DNA of 64,000 nt, taken from NCBI GenBank assembly GCA_964035545.1, contig OZ037766.1, positions 28,007,673 through 28,071,672 on the forward strand, in the 5' to 3' direction. This stretch comes from Bugula neritina (taxonomy: Eukaryota > Animalia > Bryozoa). Shown here piece after piece: positions 13,501-25,293 of the stretch. A program made the position numbers and the translations under genes. The notes below the pieces were generated by a model. The model saw only the letters and a list, made by a program, of their open reading frames with translations. It ran no database searches and had not been told where the DNA came from. Each line of letters opens with the position of its first letter. The stretch's first letter is position 1.

Positions 13501-16500
13501 GATAATTCCCTAGTTGTCTTCTCATGTTCTACACCTCTTTGCATATTACGAAAAATTTAAAATGCAACCTTGTTTTTATACTAATTTTATTTATAATTAA
13601 TCGCACAGTTAAAAAATAAGAAATGATTTGCAAATCAAAGATTTCAACGTATGTTTAAAGTATACTGTGTAAACTTACAAGCTGTGTGTTTATAAAGGTA
13701 ATTGCACAACTATATGTGTCAACATGCAGGTATCATTTGTCAGAAAAAACAAACAACATTCAGAAAATTGTTCAAGTTGAAGATGGAAAATTTTTAGCAT
13801 ATACAAGTGTTAATAAACCTGAAGTTTATCTAAGAATTTGGAGATACGATGCTATTAAACACGGAGGAGATTATGTATGTCACATTGATCTTGAAGGGTA
13901 TATTGATGATGATGGTAACTACCTTGGCCCAATTATTGGAGTTCCGATTTCAGTAACAAGTTAGTAAAAATGCTAAGTTTAACTAGCTTATTTTATGAAA
14001 AAAAACAAGTAAAGTGTTGATGCTTGCATAGTTTCAAAAATAGCTGCGTATAGTATATGTTGTAATATTAAGTGCTATTTAAGAAGTTTTTTGAATCATA
14101 TATAATTTAAAAAACTTCTTAGGAATATTAAATCTTAACTGCAGTTGCCACAATTTATTTTGTCTAAAAACAAAATTTGGAATTATATTAACCATTGACC
14201 GCTGTTTGATAAATATAGATTAGTAATAATATTCTAGTTATTTAAATTATTTATGCCTATAAACACTGTGCAGAGTTTTTAGTTTAAATATTATTATAGC
14301 TATATAAACAACTTTATTTATTGTTTAACATATATAAGGAGAAAAAAATTTTAATCAAGAAAATAAGATTTATAACAATTTTATTTTTAAATAGTTTGCC
14401 TAAAAGTATTGTGAAATTTGACGGTAATTTAATGCAAAGGCTCAAATTATCTGTAAGACATTCAAAGATCAGTAATATAATTTTTGAAACATATTTTTCA
14501 GGTACTCCATTTTTGAGCTATAGACTGAATGATGAAACATATAATGGAGTGAGCTTTACATATTATATATCCAATGCATACCCGTTTGTTGATGATGTGA
14601 AAGTCTATATTTTACCACATAAAAACTACGACCCAAACGACGGGAAAATATTGAGCAAAGATACCAATGGTGTTTTAAGCTATGAGGCAAACTACAAAGA
14701 TGGAAATGCTGAAACACATTTTGTCAGAGTCACACTGAACAAAATCAACAGCAAGTTATATTTTATACCTGCCTATAAATTGCAGTTATGTATACATGTA
14801 GTGGATTTTATTTACCCATATATATTAAGGTTGAAATACATGATTTTTAAATTTTTAGTTTCAAATAAATAACAGGAAACAGTATTTGATTAGAGTATGT
14901 CTTAGCAGTGATTCTAGTTCTACCAGATAAACTCTAAATGCTATTTTCACCTAATTTGTCTTCACCTTTTCTTGAATTTGGCTATCACAGGTGATATTTA
15001 TATAAAATAGTTAATTATGATCTCAAGCAATAATCTAAACTGAAACATACTATAAGGAACAGATTAACTATAGCATTTATCTTTAACTTATATAATAATT
15101 TAGATTTTGGATCAAAGGCTTCCCTTCTATGCATAGCTCGGAGAGGGTCTGATATATACCGTCAACCCGCAGATATCTCTCTTTCTAATCATAAAATACT
15201 TTCAACGACTTCCACAGCAGTGGCAGCAAATTACACGTCAGAAGTCTCAAATACAACAACCAACTTGCCAACAACAACTTCTCCACTAGGTATTCATTTC
15301 ATATTCAATACCTAACTGCTTCTTGAAACTTTTAATACAGTATATTATAGTTATTTACACATTTAATATATGCACATTGTTATATGCATTATATTCTTTT
15401 TTATAGCTGAAGTATAAGTTGTATTTGTTTTGCAGATGTTCCGCTAGGCACTATAGCAGTGCTAATCTTTGTGATCATCATTGTCGTTAGCCTAAGTGTT
15501 TCTATTTTCATTATATCAAAAAGTGGAAAGAAACTAAAAAGACCGGTTTATTCGATAGGTGAGGAACTAAAAGACTTAATAATATAGCTAGATTATTTAA
15601 ACAAGAATAATTTTATTATAAAAAATATATCCAAAATATAAAATTGTATATAAAAAACTGCATAAGCTTTATTTTCCTTTTAGTGACTGCCTATAAATAT
15701 AATAAAACAGTCTATAGCGAATATATCTTTTTTTTAATGAATAAAATTATGGTTTTAATTATAAGCATTCTGAAAAGAAAATAAACTTTGAAACTCTGAG
15801 TGGACTAATTAAAATGACATATTATGCTCTCATGTTTGTTATAATTTCCTATAATGACAAAAAGATTATTGTTTAAAGTATGTGTTACGGCTATACAGAA
15901 AAAAATAAATTCTGATGTTAGTAGACTTCTTTGTTTGATAAATTTTTTTAAGCAAAATTACATCGATGTTTTCATTTGTCTTCTCAAATTTATAATTTTC
16001 GAAAAAATGTTTCATATTTTTATAACTTCAACTTGCTAAGCTTGTGTGAAAAGAATTATTGAACTTTCTTAACGTATTAAGCATAATTGTTTCCAATCAA
16101 TCATTATGTCATTGTTTAACTCATATGATTAGTAAACTTTATTAAAGTGTCAATAAATCATTTGATGAAATGTAGGTTTTTATAAGTAATGCAACATTGC
16201 TTTAGAGTGTAGTATATGTTCAATTGTCTGTTATATTTTAAAAATAGTGATTGCAGGTACCTGTTGATTTTATTTACTTGCAATGAATTTATGCAAAGGT
16301 TCAGACTCTTCTAATAAAATATTACACTTTGGTCATATGCAGTTGATAATAATTATAAACTACAATCATAAAATATTTTAAACAACTTTTGAATTATGTA
16401 TTTTATGTTTTAAAAATTTATCGGGTGGTTTTTGAATATCTATTATATATATTACATAAATTTTAAAGCTGATAAACTGAAAAATAAGACAAAGCTACAG

Positions 16501-19500
16501 ATATGTATTAATTAACTATATAGCATGAAAGTAACTTTAGTGTATTATGTTTACAAGTCTTGACTTTGTTAAGCTATAAAACTGCTGGAAAAATAAAAAA
16601 AATATTTGATATGAAGATATGACTTGTCTCTATTACATTTATATAATTCATAATTAAACTGCATATTTTTTTACTGCAGGTCGTATTTCTTACTCCGCCA
16701 GTACATTGTCAGAAAGAAGGAGATCTACTCTTTTGGGTTTGTACATTAAACAATTTTTTTTATTAATGATACTAAACAACAGGCTGTATTACATCAGATG
16801 AACCCCATCAAAAATGTGCATGTATTGCAACAACATATGCTGGAATAGTTTCATAGACTACTATTTTTTGTATAGATTTCTATTTTTTTAGAATTGTTAA
16901 TCCAAGTGTATAAACACTATGCAGCATTTCAAGTTTCAGTATTAATGTTTTTAATCTGGCAATGTTGTGTTAAAAAGATGCTGCATATGTTCATAAAGAA
17001 TTTGCTAACAATTATGGTTTTTCACATTTATACAGAGTTATTCTATGAGAGTTATATAGCTAATACTGTTCTGTTGTATAGGGTATATAAGCTACTACTG
17101 ATCTATTCTATATAATATGGTGTCAGCTATTACTGATCTGTTTTATAGAATGTTAGGTATTACTGATCTGTTATATATTTATATATGGTTTCAGCTTTTA
17201 GTGAAGGTGAAGTCAGCATAACCCGTCAAAGGTCATCAGGAGTTTTTAGAAGAGGATCTGCAAATATTGGTAAATGCAATTTATTTGTTGAAATTTAAAG
17301 AACCTCGCAATAATTTGAGTTGCTCTTTAAAACTAATTTAGACTACTGTGGCCAAGACAAATTTATAATGTAAATTGTATATAAATATATAATCATAGGT
17401 TATCAAAGCATATCATTGCGATAAAATATTTAATAAAAGATAGCCTAAGTAACAAGTCTTTTATATTATAAGAAGCTGTATTATTATTATATTATATTAT
17501 TATTATATTATAAGGAGCTGTAAAAAAGTTCATCAACTCTTCTGATCGAGTTTATTGACCATATAGAGTACACACACATAATGCATATTATATATACATA
17601 CATGAGTGCATTTGAGGGTGTACCTGTGTTCACATCAAAAATATTTAAATCTTTTAATTTAGAACTGAGTGATGGTCGCAATGCAGAAGATAATAATGCT
17701 GAGGTCAGTCATGGAAAGTCTTTGCAACAAGCTCGACCTAGATCTGGAAGCTTGGGTAAAAATGAGAAAGCTTGTTATTATATGTATTCAAAAATGTTCT
17801 TTACCTGCTATAATGGACGTTATATAACAGCAGCTGGTATTTCATTCAAAACTTTTTTTGATAAACATGAAAAGTAATGCAAAATTACACGGTTAACGAG
17901 ACTGTCTATAATTAGCTAAGTGCAGTGTTCTATAAGTATAAAATTATATTATGTATATGTATTTAGTTAGAAATTTCACATATAATATTTACTGTAGTTC
18001 ATATTCTATTTGAATGTTTCAAAGTTTTGAAAGTACTCCACTTTAATAAATTTCATAACCTGTTTATTGCCAAAAAATGTCACTAATTTTCAAATAAAAT
18101 AACAATACCTAATTAAAGTATTTTTATATTTGAAAAATTGAAACTTCTTTCCCTATGTCAATGTAAAAATTCTGTCTTATATAATTTATTTAGAAATGGC
18201 AGAAAAGCTATCTCTCAAAAACAAAGACAAGCCACCGCCACAAACTGTTGAAGATCATGCAAAATTTCTTAGAAAAGCTTTGTCTAAAGGTGAAATACCA
18301 AATTGATACTGTATTCAAAGTTATAAAAAATTGCAGCATAATTACGAGTATAAGTATAATATATAATTATTTTGAAATTGCTAACCATTTTTTACTATAA
18401 ATTTTACAGTAGAAACAAATGAAGATATGCAATCTAAGGGTAAGAGACCAGGTGATGTTAGTTTTGAAATTTCACCTCCAAAGTCTGTGCTCCAATCTAG
18501 ACGGAGATCTTCTACTTTAGGTAAACTACAGTGTTGAATCTAGATGGGTAAATTAGCTTTCCATTTTTAATTAGCCCTTTCTAAGGTGCATTTATACGTC
18601 TGCCGAAAAAATACTAAGTTTCAGTTTCAAAATGGAATAAGTTAGTATTCAGCTTAAACATGTCAATTAATATTTATAGTTTACTAAATGGTTTTTATGA
18701 ATGAACTCATGCGGTATATTTTTTAAAAAAATAATTAAAAGAGATCTTATGAACACTTAAAAGCAATAAAACCAGTCATCGTTTGTTTACTTATCCCAAT
18801 CTGTTTTTGTTAAATCAGCAAGAAACCTATCTAGCAGCAAAAGGTTTACTACAAAACTGTTCTGAGAAAGAAGTTAGGTGTTTAAAACTAAATCGATTTG
18901 CTTCAACTATATGTCTTAGAACAGATTATAATGTATCAATAAAATGAAATTCTACTATGATTCCTTTTTTGCTAAATTAAGTGTGAGAATCAAGTTTTTC
19001 ACAGATTTTCATGTTTTGTGGTAGAACCTGTAATGGAGGAATATTTGAAGAATAAGAAAGAACCAGATCAGGTTACTAAAAAGGAGCGAAGAAAGTCTTC
19101 TGGTAAACCTATTTCTGCTAAAGGTAAGCACAATTTAGGAATTTTATATCCTCTCATTCACATTAAATATATATAAGCTACATTATACACTATATAATAT
19201 TATGACTCGGAAGTTTAAAGAATAGACAACTCTAAGCCCCTTAAAATTTTAAATATTAAATAATAAGCAGAAATATCAAAAAAATAAAAAGTTATGTTTT
19301 TAAACATGGCAAATATAAGGCATATAATAAAAAATGGTTTCTCAAATGCCATAAATTTGTTTTTAGTTCAGATTTATGCTCACATAAAACGTGGGTTTAA
19401 AAAATTGAGTAAGTTTATAATTTCAAATGTAAATCTATTTATAAAGAGCATACAGACATTCAATATTTAACATACTTGACAAAAAAATAACAAAAAAGTT

Positions 19501-20014
19501 TTAATTATATTCTGCCACGTAATGAAAAATATAAGTATATATGTGTTTGAAAGTGCTATTAACCTTAACCTGCTATACAACAAAGAATAATATAATAGTA
19601 GCAGTAATGATTTAAGCAAACCAGGTTAACTTATGTTGGTTAGGGTATGAATCTTTATTTTGCTCTATAAGTAATTAAGTTTTTATCATATAATATGTAT
19701 TTGTAACATTTAAACAGGAAGACAAAAATATGATGTAAAATTTTATTTCATTGGCAGCATTATTGGCTGAAGCAAGATTATGCCTATTTTGTAAACATAT
19801 TAAAGTATCAGCTGCAAAAATACTCATAATACAATTACTCGATTTTTTTATGCTTAAAAAATGTTTTAAAAAAAATATTATTTTAGCACTTCACCTAATT
19901 AATATTTTTTTAGAAACTACGGGAAAGAAAGCTAAAAAGAGATCTAAAGGAAATAACAAAGACCCAGTGCCACCAGGAAAAAAATTGATTCATGACAATA
20001 TTATCAATAAATAA
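10586..20014 (+). CDS. Ig-superfamily type I membrane protein: N-terminal leader, ~3 Ig-like domains, Ser/Thr stalk, TM, long basic cytoplasmic tail. Exons 10586-10706, 11372-11500, 12546-12686, 13370-13493, 13730-13959, 14502-14750, 15104-15289, 15436-15558, 16680-16736, 17195-17269, 17663-17755, 18194-18289, 18410-18520, 19025-19123, 19914-20014
   Basis: Phase-consistent exon chain. Domain 2 has Ig hallmarks (EISCKI...ATWY...YLRI...GGDYVC). Domains 1 (YYQC...KYACSL) and 3 (NAYP...LLCIA) are weaker. TM IAVLIFVIIIVVSLSVSIFII followed by KSGKKLKR. One GC donor is needed at 14751. The first exon is the least certain. Confidence 0.8.
11740..12260. repeat. Decayed AT-rich repeat with many aaaacatt/aatgtt motifs and a ~175-bp-spaced direct repeat; probably a transposon remnant
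   Basis: tattaaccctagtaaaatttattta near 11835 versus tattaaccttagcaaattttattta near 12010; recurring aaaacat motif. Confidence 0.45.
17058..17194 (+). repeat. Minisatellite, 4 degenerate ~30-35 bp units (agctattactgatctgtt...) ending at a splice acceptor
   Basis: Units visible directly: gctaatactgttctgtt, gctactactgatctatt, gctattactgatctgtt, gtattactgatctgtt. Confidence 0.7.
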
Positions 20015-20746
20015 AATTTAATTAGTACTAATATTCTAGAATTTTTGATTATAATCTACGCGCACGCCATTTGCTCAAATGCTTGAGTTAAATAATAGTC
20101 TGCTAAAACAACACTTTGTGATTTAGACTTCGTATACTTTAAATTGTTTTTTGTAGCCAACTAAATTTTAAGCTGATTTTGGTCTTGTTTTATTTAAGAA
20201 AAGTCTTATACGAGTATATTTAAAATGAAACTTTCTCAATTATTTCTTATCCAAAAGATGCAGATAGCTTGTCAATTTTTAGTCCAATTACTATGAACTT
20301 ATTGACCTAATTAATTTTTTAAAAAGATGTTTTACTAAATAATCATACATAGCTAATTAAAACTAACTGATCATTCAACTATAAGCTACCTAACAAGTAA
20401 ATTTATTATAGTTTTAAGTAGTTTCATTTCAAATAACACATCTTTAAATCATGCAATTGATGTGTTTTTATAGCAGCGCTTTTACCAAGTTATACATTAA
20501 CATTTAATCACACGAGGTGTATTAAAAAAATATATTTTTATTAAAAAATAGTTTTACAATCTACAATATAAAACTATTCATTGTTGGCATATTTCTCATT
20601 TTTAATTTTATTTAATCATATGAGCTCATAAAATAACATACTTGTTTTAAACGCAGCTGGCTGCAGAAGCTTTACAAAAAGATTTTCACTTCACCCTATA
20701 AAACTTATAGCAGATATCAAATAACTGAAGCAATTATCTTGCTAAA

Positions 20747-23700
20747 ATGCCTTCATATCACTCTTCTGATTCCTCAAACCGCAACAAAAATGCTGCACGT
20801 CACAGAAACCTGGTATTATCAGAAACCATTTAATGTATTTAGCTGTTAGCACATCACCTGCTAACATTTTCAGTCATCAATGCTGGTGCATAGTTAAAGT
20901 ATTGTGCCAATTGCATTTTAATATCAACTGTTGCTAGAAATATAATAGTTTGCTGTCACTGAAACCATTGAAACGACTTATTAAAATTATTGTTGATCAT
21001 TTTTTACTGCAAATTAATTTAGATTGTTTACATATAAACACTCAGCATTTTTTGATGTAAGCATCAAACAATTTTTATTCTTTGATTCTTTGTTGCATGT
21101 GCATTGATATTTTGAGTCATTGATGAGAAGCCTTATAAAGCTCTGATCAACATTTACTAAACTGCCAAGCATATCCTGTAAAAAAAAAATTTTTTTGGCA
21201 AATTATGCATGAATAAATTGTGTTTAAAAACAATGTAGATATGTCTAAACCCAGATCAAAGCACCCGTCAGCCACAGCCTGAAGTCGCTTACCCCAACCA
21301 ATCGTTTGCTGATCCACTTGCAGCAACTAGTCAAATGACTCAATTATATACATACCCACCACCTGCACTTTCAGTCGACGTATCTAATGAGTCACCAGTA
21401 CAATGGAATTTGATGCCTGAGACTCAGTCATCATCAGTGTTTGACTGGGACAAACATCTACTGTCTGAGTCAGACTATTGGACCAGTGAAGTCACATCTA
21501 AACCAATTGATGTCACAAACCCACACATTGAGACTGCGGCTGTGTCAGGATTTGAACCAACAACAGATCACCAAATAAATCGCACCTCTTACTTGTTGAG
21601 CAGTTCATGGAAGAACGCAGCGGCACCTTGTTTGAAAGTCTCTCCCACACAGCCAACGCCACCAGGCACCGAGAAGATGTATGATTTAGGGGATCCTCGA
21701 CCAATTGATGTTGTTATTGGGGGAGGTAAAAAATCTCTCCTTGAACCAGCAGAGAGTGGTCCACAACCATTGAATGCCATGGTATGTAAATTATAATATA
21801 GTCCAAATATATTTTATTGGCCTTAGTTTCTATCTTTAAACAAGCAAATAGTTAGGTTTAGATATAATCATTGATAGCACTGTAACAGATGTTCTATTTA
21901 TCTTAGATTCTCATAACTTATACTGTGCTGGTTGATAACCAGAATTGTGATATGGAGATCTTTTCTTCTACTTCTTGAGCGCTATAGTTTTAATTTGTAA
22001 TAATTTTAAGCTCATATATATATAGCGTTTTATTTAATGCTATAGGGTTGAAGCAGTACTAGAAGGATCAAAATATAAACAGCTTCAATGTACATATTAC
22101 CAGCGTGTTTTCTCCCATATGTTTTTCTGTTTTTTATTGTTTAAGAAAACTTGAATATAGTGAAAATGCTTTTTATCAAAAAAAATATTGTCACAAAAAA
22201 TTTGTTCAATGTGTTTTATAGCAAAAGAGTATGTGGCAATTCATTGTCGATACTCAAAGCATTACAGCATATGTAATTGGAAAAGTCGAAGGGGAAGTGT
22301 GTGACGGCTCTGAAAGTGCTGTAAGACAACTCACTGGAAGGAATTCGTCTCGTTTGGCAATGCAAGCTGCTCAGCTTATATGGAATAAATGTATGTGGCA
22401 ACTTATAAGCTCACCTCTATACTATCTAATTCCTTGGTCCCAGTAGTACAATATATATATATATATATGTGTGTGTATGTACATGTATATATATGGTATA
22501 TTTCAGGTTTTGAGCTCTCTGAAGACAAACACATTTGCTTCAGTACTTTAGCATTTCAAGCTTTCTCTTTAGTAGAACAAACCTCAAATGTCAGAAAATT
22601 TACTAATTTCCTAACAAGTAAGTTTAATCGCTGGTATCATGATGTGAAAATTAAAAATTTCGTAATAAAAATTATGCCTTTAGTTCCTAAACTTGTTGTA
22701 TACAGAGGTATACAAATACATCATGATGCAATATTAGTCATATGATGATATATTACTATAAAACTATAAAGAGTTATTCAAACAACTTGATAGAATGTTG
22801 GTCCAATTCTAATTCGTTGTTCAGTAAAAGTTATTCAAATAATTAACCGAAAACTGCAAGATCAATGCACAAATGTAATATTCTAATCAAATATTGCAAT
22901 TTATTATAGCAACTACATATTCTATAAAGTAGGCATTTTAAAAATTGATTTACTAGCAAAATACTGATTAAATTACTTTTTATTTTTAAATAAAAAGCAC
23001 GCTTCTAAAAAATACATTTGAATTTTATAAAATTTGAACTTTATAAAAAAAAAGGTTTACATTTCTCTCTTACATATTATGCCTAAAATATTTCAGTTAG
23101 GTTTAAAGAGGTAAAATTATTGACAGCCGCTAATTTGTGTGTAACTCTGTAAATAAGAATGTTGACTCTAAGGAGTCTACTGATTACAAATTGTGTGTTT
23201 TAGAGAAGCTGCTCGATGTGTTTGACACTGCTTATGCCAGCCGTAAGCAAGGATGGTATTGCTTTGAAGTATTGTTTCAATTCATCAGACACATCGTACT
23301 TGCTCTGAAAGATAATCTCATCAACACCACACCTGCTTTCAAACTTTGCTTGCATAAGAAAGTTATAGAAGCAGCTGGTGAGGTTATTAAGACTCACAGA
23401 ATTGAAGAGCTGCTAGCAGCAGGATATCAATCTTGGGTGAGTTGCTTGGCAACATGTATCAACTTTCTGCTAAATTGCATGAATGTCGCAAAAAATTTAA
23501 TTTATTTTAGACGAAGACCAAAAATTCAATTAGCAGAAGTGAATAGAGTAAACTTTGCATTTATTTTCAACTAAAAAAAGATTCACACTTACCAAAAAAT
23601 AGCCTTTTGAAAGCTTCAAACACTATATTGAATAAAATATCATTTTGGATCCAGCATATAACATATATATTTGACTTTGAATTAAAATTTACCAACAACT

Positions 23701-23863
23701 TTATCTTAGCCATGATCATATATATTTTGAAAGCAAGCAATTTATATAGCAATTTGTAATAATTTTTCAAAAAATGTATGCATGATTGTTTTATTTTAAC
23801 AATGTGCTTTGCATTTTCATTTTACAGGATGCATACGTTGCTTGGTCAAATGCGAATTTGTAG
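20747..23863 (+). CDS. Divergent Bcl-2-family-like protein A: long Pro/Ser/Thr-rich N-terminus plus helical BH-like domain, no C-terminal TM. Exons 20747-20812, 21239-21781, 22222-22390, 22507-22617, 23204-23436, 23828-23863
   Basis: Phase-consistent exons. BH1-like LLDVFDTAYASRKQGWYCFEVLFQF. BH2-like IEELLAAGYQSW|DAYVAW with a phase-0 intron directly after the Trp, as in BCL2 GGW|DAF. Same exon phases as the paralog at 57168-59649. Confidence 0.7.
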
Positions 23864-25293
23864 AGCCAGCTACTAGTGCTACTTGAAAAGACCTGATAAT
23901 TACCGAAAGAATAAGCATGTTGAAAACAGTTGCTATACTCAAAACATAATAAATATATAACACGTATATATAAATAACTATTATGATATAAGAGTGTTTT
24001 TTCAAAAAAAATTGAATTATGCAATTAATATGACTATTATTTTTTATCCAAAGGAAAACTGATTGATAAAATATAACAGGCTAATTAATGCATATATCAA
24101 AATAGAGATTATGGTTTTACTTTCAAGAGCTTAAATCAAGATATCTTTATTGAATAGATGCATAAATATTTTTATGCAAAAATATGCATATATATGCTTT
24201 ATGTACACATGTGTATTTAATTACATACAACAAATTGAAAAAGGTAGAGAGACAAATCCTTAGACAACATGAACAAAGGAGCAAATCAAAATTTCAACAA
24301 GCCAAAGTTCTATTTATTGCATGAAATTAAGAAGCGTGAGTCAAGTTAAACAAAACATATTGCACTTGCTTTAACATGCCTTCTCATTGACTCAAAGTGT
24401 TCGCAACACAAAGGAATAATAAAGTAAGCAGCCAATACAAATTTTCTCATTTGATTTGTTGTACATTTGAGTAAAATCATATTTTGTAAAACAGCCTACA
24501 AAAACTATTTTTCTTATTATAGCTATGTTAAAATTTTAAGCTTTATATTAAATATATTGCAATTAATTCATGATGTGCTACAGAATTGAGCAGTTTTCAG
24601 AAAAAAAATCAACACACGCAAGCAGACACTCATAATGCATTAGGTAAGAATTTTACTTAATAATTGTTACCATAAAATTGGTTTAAAAATATTACCATTA
24701 ACGCTCATTATTGAACATAATAGTAATTATTGTCAACCAAAGAATCATTTTTCAAAAGCGAAAAAACCTTGAAAACATTTTTAAGTAATTGAAAAGTGCA
24801 TTTTATCAGCAAAATTCCTACTTATAAGTCTTATGAGTGTAAAACATTCTAATAAACTTAGACACTATATAATTATCAAATAGAGATCGTATGATTTCAA
24901 AACAAACAAGAATTTTTTTTAAAGAAAACTGTCAACATTAACTAACTATAAACAATATTAACTGCTTCAAATAAATTTCTTTTGCTAGATTTATAACTGA
25001 AACAATTTTAAATTAAGGGCGTGCAAAAATCATTCATTATATGTTTTTTTAAATGTTTTTCCAATACATTTTCATCTAACCTCTTTTGACTTACAACTTG
25101 ATGAACAGTTTGTAAAACGCTGGTGCATGGTTGGAATTTTGAAGCTGCACAGAATCCTTGAGTATGTTTATTGAGCACAACAATGAGCAAAAATATTTCT
25201 CACAATGCAAATCTTATATCAAATCAATTGATGAGAATGCCAACTTGAAATTTTAGAATTATCATAAGAATTTTTTTTATTTATTTTGCAAAA

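Noticed and set aside
24570-24642. ATG plus strong donor (tag|gtaag) as first coding exon of receptor A
   Set aside because: In-frame TAA before the donor. 25294-25364 matches paralog B's signal exon in length and phase. This could still be a 5' UTR exon.
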